Both the position numbers and the translations under genes were made by a program. A DNA stretch of 45,371 nucleotides, from NCBI GenBank assembly GCA_040752415.1, contig JBFMGU010000062.1:1-45371 (forward strand), given 5' to 3'. Numbering within the stretch: position 1 is the stretch's first letter; each line of letters opens with the position of its first letter. Shown piece by piece: positions 31,559 through 38,890 of the stretch. The DNA comes from Myxococcota bacterium. Lineage in GTDB: Bacteria; Myxococcota; JACRCW01. The notes under the pieces were generated by a model that saw only the letters and a list, made by a program, of their open reading frames with translations, was not told the DNA's origin and ran no database searches.

Positions 31559-33307
31559 TCAACGCACCGCGGCCAGCGCGTCCTCCAGGTCCAGCTCGTC
31601 GATGGTCTCGTCCTCGTTGACGTCGTAGAGCGGGTCGTAGCGGCCGTCCTCCCGGCGCGTCTCCGGGAGATGACCACCGGAGCGCAGCGCGATCTCGACG
31701 AGGTCCGCGGCGTCCACCGCGCCATCCAGGGTGACGTCGGCAAAGACCAGCGGGTCCACGTCGCGCACCAGGGTCCAGCGCGGGTCGGCCTGCACCAGGA
31801 GGGGCGCGGCGGGAAGGTGCAGCGTGTGCGTGGAGATGTCCTCCGGCACCAGCACCGTCTCGTGGATCACCGTGCCGTCGGGGAGGCGCAGCTCCAGGGG
31901 CAGCGTGAAGGTGAACGCGCCGCGCGAGTCGACCTCCACGGTGACGTCGACACCGCCGGTGGCGGACGGCGCCGAGTGGGTCGTGAGAACCACCGCGGGG
32001 TAGCCGGTGTGACGCAGCCACTGGTCCACCTCCGGGGTGAGGTCCGTGCCGGAGGTGCGCGCCACCTCGTCGACGAGCGAGGTGATGCTGAGCGTGGCGC
32101 CGGGCTGCGTGAGCGCGGAGAGTGCCCGGGTGAACGCCTCCTCGCCCACAATCTCCTCGAAGGTGCGGAACACGGTGGAGGCCTTGTGGTAGCCCGCGAA
32201 GATGGCCACCGACGAGCTCTGGATGTCCGGGTCCAGCGGCGCCACGTCGCGGTTCTGCGGGCGACGGAACATGTACCAGACCGCGTTCATGCGCACGCCG
32301 CTGGTGCGCACGTCGTCGCCCTGGAGCTGGCCCAGGGCGCGCCACGCGCTGTACTCCGCGAGTCCCTCCTGCAGCACCAGTCCCTCCTCGGGAACCACGG
32401 CGCGCGCCAGGTTGCCCCACCAGGAATGGCCCAGCTCGTGCGCCACGCCCTGCTCCAGGAGGTAGTCGTGCGTGTCCAGGATGTAGTCGCCCATGAAGAT
32501 GTTGCCGAGCAGGCCCATGCCGCCAAAGGGGAAGCCGGGAGACACCATCATAAGGTGCACCTCGTCGACGGGGAGCTCGCGGAAGAGCGCGCCGTAGACG
32601 GGCAGCAGGTCCTCCGCCAGGCTCACCGCGCGGGTCATGTTCTCGTGCGCGCGCGTGTTGCCCACCAGGTAGCCCACCACCTTGTTCCCCGGGCTGCGCA
32701 TCTCGTCGGCGGCGCGGGCGTAGAGCGTCAGCGACTCGGTGGGAACGGCGGCCTGGAAGGTCCAGGTGCGCGTGTCGTCACCGTTGTCGACGACCGAGGC
32801 CGGCGCGCCCTGTCCCGCCACCACGTGCTTGCCGGTCGGCGCCTTCACCGTGACGCTGGCCAGGAACGTGTCGACGTCGAACAGACCGGTGTAGTGCCAC
32901 GCCATGTCGACCCCGGAGGGGAGGAGCACCGTCTCCGTGGCGTTGTGCAGGCACGCCAGCGAGCCCACGCTGCCGCACGCGGGCACGCCGTTCATGGCGA
33001 GGTGCACCGTGGCCTCCTGTCCGTCGGTGAGCGGGGTGGGGAAGGTGAGCACCGAGAGCTGCGCGGGATACTCGGGGTGCGGCGTGAGGGTCACCGCGGT
33101 GCCGTCGACGTCGACCTCGGTGGGGAGCGTGGGGCGGAACATCACCAGGCTCGTGGTGTCGCCCACGGATTGCACCTGGATCTGCACGTCAAGGACCAGG
33201 GCGGTGCCGGTGATGTCGGCGGTGATGTCCTGCTGGGTGACGTCGGCGCCCGCGTGCGCCAGCGCGGTGACGAGGAGGAATGTCATGGTGAGGAGCGTGG
33301 ACTTCAT
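31559..33307 (-). CDS. Secreted M1-family zinc metallopeptidase with C-terminal dockerin-like domain
   Basis: Signal peptide (AHA); HELGHSWWG, EGLAEY, YHK; C-terminal duplicated Ca-loop/helix ADVTLDGAVDAADL..YDVNEDETIDELDL. Confidence 0.85.
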   Translation of the reverse strand: MKSTLLTMTFLLVTALAHAGADVTQQDITADITGTALVLDVQIQVQSVGDTTSLVMFRPTLPTEVDVDGTAVTLTPHPEYPAQLSVLTFPTPLTDGQEATVHLAMNGVPACGSVGSLACLHNATETVLLPSGVDMAWHYTGLFDVDTFLASVTVKAPTGKHVVAGQGAPASVVDNGDDTRTWTFQAAVPTESLTLYARAADEMRSPGNKVVGYLVGNTRAHENMTRAVSLAEDLLPVYGALFRELPVDEVHLMMVSPGFPFGGMGLLGNIFMGDYILDTHDYLLEQGVAHELGHSWWGNLARAVVPEEGLVLQEGLAEYSAWRALGQLQGDDVRTSGVRMNAVWYMFRRPQNRDVAPLDPDIQSSSVAIFAGYHKASTVFRTFEEIVGEEAFTRALSALTQPGATLSITSLVDEVARTSGTDLTPEVDQWLRHTGYPAVVLTTHSAPSATGGVDVTVEVDSRGAFTFTLPLELRLPDGTVIHETVLVPEDISTHTLHLPAAPLLVQADPRWTLVRDVDPLVFADVTLDGAVDAADLVEIALRSGGHLPETRREDGRYDPLYDVNEDETIDELDLEDALAAVR

Positions 33308-33849
33308 GGCCGTACCTCCTCCAGCAAAGCGCCCTGCACACCCACCGTCGTGAACGCCCCGTCCGCCCGACGCACCATCACGCGCTCCACGTCCAGCCGC
33401 GCGCTCCTCGCCTGCAGCACGCGGAAACGCAGCGTGGCCAGCGTGGTTCCGTCGGCAATCTCCGCTTCTCCCTGCCGCGGGTCCCGACGCGTCCCGCCCA
33501 GCGCCACATCACCGGCGCCGGGCCGGAGCACCATGAACGCGTCCGGACCGAGCACACCGGGCTGCGCGTCGGCGGACGGGGCCTCCAGCTCCAGGCGCGT
33601 GGCGTCGTAACGCAGGTGGTACGAGAGGCCGAAGACGTGGCCGAGCTGCTGGGCCACCAGGCGCACGGTCACGCTGCTGCCGTCGATGACCGGCTCCACG
33701 CGCAAGGCGGCGCCGGTCACGGCCGGGTCGGTGACGACGTGCGGTGTGGGCTCGGTGGGGGAGTTGGCGGGTGGGTTGCTGGCGGTGGGGGCGCACGCAG
33801 CGAGCAGCAGCAGGCCCAGGGCCGGCACGCGCGAGAAGGGGGTGGACAT
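33304..33849 (-). CDS. Lipoprotein with cohesin-like domain
   Basis: Lipobox LAAC, Pro/Thr linker, VTVRLVA..VFGLSYHLRYDATRLEL..GTTLATLRFRV; stop overlaps the peptidase ATG. Confidence 0.75.
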   Translation of the reverse strand: MSTPFSRVPALGLLLLAACAPTASNPPANSPTEPTPHVVTDPAVTGAALRVEPVIDGSSVTVRLVAQQLGHVFGLSYHLRYDATRLELEAPSADAQPGVLGPDAFMVLRPGAGDVALGGTRRDPRQGEAEIADGTTLATLRFRVLQARSARLDVERVMVRRADGAFTTVGVQGALLEEVRP

Positions 33850-33955
33850 CCGTGGGCTCCTCAGGTTGCACGCGCAGCCTAGCCAGTGGGACGGTGATTC
33901 CACAGTGCGGATGGTGCGGAGCGTTGTGCGTTCTGTGCTCCGGCCAGGAGGACCC

Positions 33956-34387
33956 ATGCGCATCCGGAATGCCGAGCCCCACGACGAGCGCGCGGTCCAC
34001 AAGCTGGTGGAAGCGCTGGGCTACCCCGGCCTCGACGAGAAGGCGTTCTCCCGCACCTACGCCGCGGCGTTGCGGGACCCCGCGGTGCGCCTCTGGGTGG
34101 TCGACGACGGCGTGCTGCTGGGCATGACCCTGCTGAGCGTGCGTCCGCAGCTGCGCATTGCGGGAAACATGGTGTCCATCGACGAGCTGGTGGTGGCGGA
34201 GCACGCGCGCGGAAGGGGCGTGGGGCGGATGCTGCTGGACGCGGTCAAGCGGCTGGCGACGGAGACGGGCGCACTGCGCGTGGAGCTGCACACCCGGCGC
34301 ACCCGTGAGAGCTACACGCGCGGCTTCTACGTGAAGAACGGGTTCACCGAGGTGGATTCCGCGGTGCTGCGCTGGTCGGCGGGCTGA
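33956..34387 (+). CDS. GNAT-family N-acetyltransferase
   Basis: IDELVVAEHARGRGVGRMLL, FYVKNGF; RBS ggagg. Confidence 0.92.
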   Translation: MRIRNAEPHDERAVHKLVEALGYPGLDEKAFSRTYAAALRDPAVRLWVVDDGVLLGMTLLSVRPQLRIAGNMVSIDELVVAEHARGRGVGRMLLDAVKRLATETGALRVELHTRRTRESYTRGFYVKNGFTEVDSAVLRWSAG

Positions 34388-34388
34388 C

Positions 34389-37300
34389 TCAGGGGCCGGC
34401 CTTCAACGCGGCGAGGGTGAGCTGCACGTTGCGCGAGTTGGGATGGAGCAGCGCGGAGATTTCCGCCGAGAGGCGGGTCTTTTCGTCCTGGAAGAGGGCG
34501 CGGGCCTTCTCCTGAAGCGCGGTGTCGTCGGCGAGGCGGGCCAAGGCGTAGATGCCCAGGGTGGGATTGCCGCGGGCGGCGCGGACGTGCAGCAGGCGCG
34601 CAGCCTGGGCCACTTCCGGACGGGCCTTGAGCCGGGCGTACTGCGCCGGGTGCTCCTTCTCGAGGACACGCAGCACGTTGGCCCACCCGTATTCGCGCGC
34701 CAGGGGGAAGTAGACGTCGGCAAAGTCCTTGTGCTCCCGCGCCAGCTCACCCGCGGCGACGTCGAGGGTGGCGAAGGCCACGTCGGACTCCGGGCCCAGC
34801 GCGGGCCAGCCGGCTCCTGCACGCTCGAACGCGTCGCGCGCGGCGTGGGCGTGTTTCACGTCGCGAGTCAGCTCGAAGACGCTGCGACTGGCACGACCCA
34901 CCAGCCACCATGCCGTGGCCGCCACCGGTGCCTGTCCCGCCTTCTGCTGCTCCTCGGCCACCACGCGGTAGCGCGCCGCTTCACTGGTGAGCGACTCCAC
35001 GCGGTTGGCGTCGTCGGTCCCCGCCAGGTAGCGGGCGCGCGCCTCGTCCTCCGCGCTGGTGTCCAGGGCCTTCAAACCCCGAACCCGCTCGAGGAGCGCG
35101 TTGAGCCCTTGGACGTTCCCGGCGAGCTCCAGCCAGGTCAGCTGGTTCTCGTACGCGTCACCGCGTCCCGGCGCCAACACCTCCTCCTGCGCCAACAGGT
35201 CCAGCGCCCGACGGTGCGACGCGTCCGAGGTCAGGTTGGTGACCAGCGTCTCCCGCAGGGGTCCACCGGCGAGCTGGTCGAGGATGGTGTCGGCGTCGTC
35301 GTCGTCGACCGCGAGCGGCTGCGTCTTCAGGTGCCGGTCCAGCGCGCGCAGCCGTGCCTGGTGGGTCAGCGCGGAGGCGAGGTTGGCAATGACCACGGTG
35401 TCGTCGGGATCCTGGCGGGACGCGAGGCCCAGCATCTGCACCGCCTGCTGGATGTGCTTGGGGTCGCCGGTGCAGCGGTGGCGCAGCCCGAAGACCACGG
35501 CGGCGTTGTTGGCGTCGGTGGCGTTCTGGTTGGCGGTGCGGGAGAGGTCCCGGGTGATCTCCGCGAAACGCGTGTCCGCCTCGGCGAACTTGCCGGCGCG
35601 CATCAGCTTCATCCCCTGCACCTCCATCAACGAGTGACGCACGAAGCGGACGGAGGAATCCGCCTTCAGCAGCCATTCCTCGCGCTGCTCCTGCGTCGTG
35701 GCCAGCAGCGACAACAGGATCGCGGCGGAGTGCTTCTCGTCGGTGTTGCCGCGCTCGAAGACCTCCCGCGCCACCTCCTGGGCGCGCCCATGCAGCCCCA
35801 GCACGCGATACGCCCGTGCCACGTCCAGGTGCTGCGCCCGGTCACTGCCGGAGAGGACCTTCTGCAGCTCCGCATCCCCCTCGGCGCCACGACCCAGGCG
35901 GTGCAGCACCTGCCCGTAACCCAGGTGGAACTCCGGCGTGCCCTCGGCCTCGCCGCCAATGGCCAGGAAGGTGTTCTCCGCGGCCTTGAGCAGCGCGTCC
36001 CGCTCGGTGCCGCTGACGGTCTGCGCACGACGCAGCTTGAGGGTTCCCAGGGTCACGCTGACCGGCACCACGTCGGAGTGGGCACGGTATTCCTCGGCGA
36101 GCCGGTTGAGCACCGCATCCTCGGCCAGGCGCGTCTGGAGCCATTCCTCGAAGAGGCGCTGCGCGTCGTCGCGGGTGGCGTGGTTGAGCTCCTGCTGGAT
36201 GTCGGAGGGCAGGCGGCCACGGTTGGCGTCGTCGACATGCTGGTTCCGCAACGTCCGCTCCCGTGCCGCGTGTCCGTCCCGCGCACGCAGGAACGCGGGC
36301 AGGCGCAACGCGAGGTAGTTGGTGAGGATGGTGTCCGCCGCGGCCAGGTCGCCGCGGGATTGCAGGAGGCTGGCCAGGAAGCGTTGTCCGTCGTGGATCA
36401 GCATCCCCACCGGCGCGTGGTCCTGGATCATCTTGAGCGCCGTGGACTGGTCTCCCGCCTGCGCGGTGAGGATCGCCAGCACCACGAGCACTTCCTGGTC
36501 ATGGGGGCGTTGTTGCAGCAGACGACGGAGCGCGGCCTGGTTGCCGGATTCCAGCGCGGCCTCACGTTCCTTGTCCGCCACGGTCTCTGTCGCGGTGGCC
36601 AGGGCGCGCTTCACCTCCTCCGTGGGGACGGCGGCGGCATCCCGCTTGGCCATGCGCTCCAGCCAGCGCTCCACCACCGCGCGCTCCTGGTGCAGCAGCA
36701 TGGGGCGGTCCTGCAGCTTCTCCAGCACGTTGGCCGCGGCGGTGATGTCCTCGTCGGAACCGAGCTCCAGGTAGGCGTGCAGGGCGCGCACCGGCCATTC
36801 TTGCTCCAGCTCCCGCGCCTGCGCCCGACGCATGACCCGGATGGCCTCCTCCGACTTCTTCTGCGTGGGCCCCAGGGCAACCCGAAGCACCTCCTCGTGG
36901 AGACGCAGCACGGCGTCGACGGGCGCGGGTGTGCGGCGGGCCAGCTCCTCGGCCCATGCCTGGAACTTCTCGGCGGCGCGCGCGCCGGCCGCGTCGCGGG
37001 CACCGGCGGGATACTGCACCAGCTCCGACATCAGCGCGGTGGCCGCGGCCACATCCACGACGTCGAACGGCGTCCTGAAGCCGGCCAGGCGCACCCGCGT
37101 CCAGTGATCCAACGGCTCGCGCAGGAACGTGGGTCCCACGCTGTCGCGGTACTGGCGCAGGAGACGCGTGTACGCCGCCACGCCCGCTTCCGCGCCCTGG
37201 TCCTTCTCCACCTGCTGCGCCTCGGCCAGCGCCTGGCGCAGCTGGTATTCCGACGAGTTGAAGTACGCATTCACCGCCAGGCCCGTACCGCCCACGACGA

Positions 37301-38039
37301 AGAGCGCGGCCACCACGCGCCGCATCCAGATCATGGCGGGACTGAGCGGAACCTTGCCCAGGAAGTACCAGCCGCCGCCCTCCGCCCTCACCACGCGGTA
37401 GGCGCTGATGGGCACCAACGGGATGAACAGGACGCAGAAGAAGAGCGTGCTGACGTAGGAGCCGTCGGGCCGCTCGTCGCGGGAACCGGCGAGCACGGTG
37501 CCAATCCCGTTGAAGGTGGTCAGCGAGGGCGGACCGTCGATGGGCTCGGGCGCGTCCAGCAGCACCTGGACCATCCGACGGTATCCCGGCGTGAGCGTGC
37601 GCGCGCTGAGCGCCTGGAGCACCGGTTGCGCGCGTTTGTCCTTGCGACGGCGCAGCCAACGCGCGTGCATGAACATGCGCAGCACCTCCAGGTGCAACGC
37701 GGATTCCACCAGCTCCCGGTGATCCTCGTCGGCGGTGAGGTCGCGCACCGCGGAGAGCAGGGCGGCGGCCTGGGTCTGCGCGCCGGTTGCCACCAGCAGC
37801 GCGGCCACCTGCAGGGCCAGCTCCACGACGGTGACCTTGATCCGCGGGTGGTCCTTCTCGTGCAGCTCCCGGAGCGCGTCGGGCATGGCCTGGACCACGT
37901 CGCGCTGGAAGGCCTCCAGGAGCAGGCCCATCTCCTTCGCGCGGCTGGAGACGCGGGCGGGATCCGGTTCGTACTCCGGCGCGCGCAACATGTTGGTGTA
38001 CCGCTCGACGGCGGTGGTGAAGCTCTTGAGCTTTTCCAT
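34389..38039 (-). CDS. Large (1216 aa) membrane-anchored helical/TPR-like protein
   Basis: FNGIGT..SYVSTLFFCVLFIPLVPISAYRV motif, one TM helix, long Ala/Leu-rich helical repeat region. Confidence 0.75.
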   Translation of the reverse strand: MEKLKSFTTAVERYTNMLRAPEYEPDPARVSSRAKEMGLLLEAFQRDVVQAMPDALRELHEKDHPRIKVTVVELALQVAALLVATGAQTQAAALLSAVRDLTADEDHRELVESALHLEVLRMFMHARWLRRRKDKRAQPVLQALSARTLTPGYRRMVQVLLDAPEPIDGPPSLTTFNGIGTVLAGSRDERPDGSYVSTLFFCVLFIPLVPISAYRVVRAEGGGWYFLGKVPLSPAMIWMRRVVAALFVVGGTGLAVNAYFNSSEYQLRQALAEAQQVEKDQGAEAGVAAYTRLLRQYRDSVGPTFLREPLDHWTRVRLAGFRTPFDVVDVAAATALMSELVQYPAGARDAAGARAAEKFQAWAEELARRTPAPVDAVLRLHEEVLRVALGPTQKKSEEAIRVMRRAQARELEQEWPVRALHAYLELGSDEDITAAANVLEKLQDRPMLLHQERAVVERWLERMAKRDAAAVPTEEVKRALATATETVADKEREAALESGNQAALRRLLQQRPHDQEVLVVLAILTAQAGDQSTALKMIQDHAPVGMLIHDGQRFLASLLQSRGDLAAADTILTNYLALRLPAFLRARDGHAARERTLRNQHVDDANRGRLPSDIQQELNHATRDDAQRLFEEWLQTRLAEDAVLNRLAEEYRAHSDVVPVSVTLGTLKLRRAQTVSGTERDALLKAAENTFLAIGGEAEGTPEFHLGYGQVLHRLGRGAEGDAELQKVLSGSDRAQHLDVARAYRVLGLHGRAQEVAREVFERGNTDEKHSAAILLSLLATTQEQREEWLLKADSSVRFVRHSLMEVQGMKLMRAGKFAEADTRFAEITRDLSRTANQNATDANNAAVVFGLRHRCTGDPKHIQQAVQMLGLASRQDPDDTVVIANLASALTHQARLRALDRHLKTQPLAVDDDDADTILDQLAGGPLRETLVTNLTSDASHRRALDLLAQEEVLAPGRGDAYENQLTWLELAGNVQGLNALLERVRGLKALDTSAEDEARARYLAGTDDANRVESLTSEAARYRVVAEEQQKAGQAPVAATAWWLVGRASRSVFELTRDVKHAHAARDAFERAGAGWPALGPESDVAFATLDVAAGELAREHKDFADVYFPLAREYGWANVLRVLEKEHPAQYARLKARPEVAQAARLLHVRAARGNPTLGIYALARLADDTALQEKARALFQDEKTRLSAEISALLHPNSRNVQLTLAALKAGP

Positions 38040-38273
38040 GAGGGTCCCCGTAGGGCGAAGCCTAAGCGGACTTAGGAAGTTTCTCAAAGCCGGAATGCCG
38101 GTCCACGTTCGCAGGGAACCGCAGCGGGCGCCCGGCGTGGTGGCAATGGCCACGCGCGGGAGCACGGAGGGGCGCGGCCTGACGTCGCCATCCCACATCC
38201 CGCCCTCCACCTGATGGCGCGCGCCCGGTCTTGTGGGCTGTTTTTCCGCGTGCTAGCTGCCCACGTCGGCGCG

Positions 38274-38702
38274 ATGAAAAGGCTCATCGCATTGCTGTTG
38301 GCGCTTGTGGGGGTGGGCTGTGCCGGCTCGCGGCCGTCGTCGTCTTCCACGACGGTGGCACCGGCGGGAACAACGCCCGACTCCGGCAGGCCCGTGGAGG
38401 CCGGAATGGCGGAGCAGAGCGGGTACCTGTTGCTCAAGGATGGTTCCATCCATCCCGACACCGACGGGAGACCCCAGGGACTGTATGTGGGCGGCAAGCT
38501 GGTCGACGGGCGGTTCACGCCCGAGGGCAACGTGCAGGGAGATGGCCCGCTGGGGGAGTCCGGCAGCCCGGGCTGGATGGAGCTGAATGACGGAAGCTTC
38601 CACGGCGACCAGACCGCGCGCCCGCCGTTCCCGCCCTACATCAAGGGCTACCGCACCCGCGAGGGTGAGTTCCGACCCAAGTCACGCCTGGTCAACTACT
38701 GA
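38274..38702 (+). CDS. Small lipoprotein with an internal duplication
   Basis: MKR-hydrophobic-GVGC; repeats GYLLLKDGSIHPD..YVGG..GRFTP and GWMELNDGSFHGD..YIKG..GEFRP. Confidence 0.8.
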   Translation: MKRLIALLLALVGVGCAGSRPSSSSTTVAPAGTTPDSGRPVEAGMAEQSGYLLLKDGSIHPDTDGRPQGLYVGGKLVDGRFTPEGNVQGDGPLGESGSPGWMELNDGSFHGDQTARPPFPPYIKGYRTREGEFRPKSRLVNY

Positions 38703-38732
38703 TGGAGCCGTGGGGGATGCCGGGAAGGCCGG

Positions 38733-38847
38733 AAAGGAAGTCAGAAGTCAGAGTACAGAAGTCAGAAGGTGCGGACCGCTCGACGTGGCGGGGTACCCTT
38801 CTGACTCCTGACTCCTGACTTCTGACTCCTGACTCCTGACTTCCTTT
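38733..38847. repeat. Inverted pair of 7-bp tandem arrays (GAAGTCA / CTGACTC) forming a long hairpin
   Basis: aaaggaagtcagaagtcagagtacagaagtcagaagg at 38733-38769; ccttctgactcctgactcctgacttctgactcctgactcctgacttccttt at ~38797-38847. Confidence 0.9.
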
Positions 38848-38890
38848 TCTGGAGTCCTGGTTCCCCCACCGGACCGAGAGGAGATTACCC

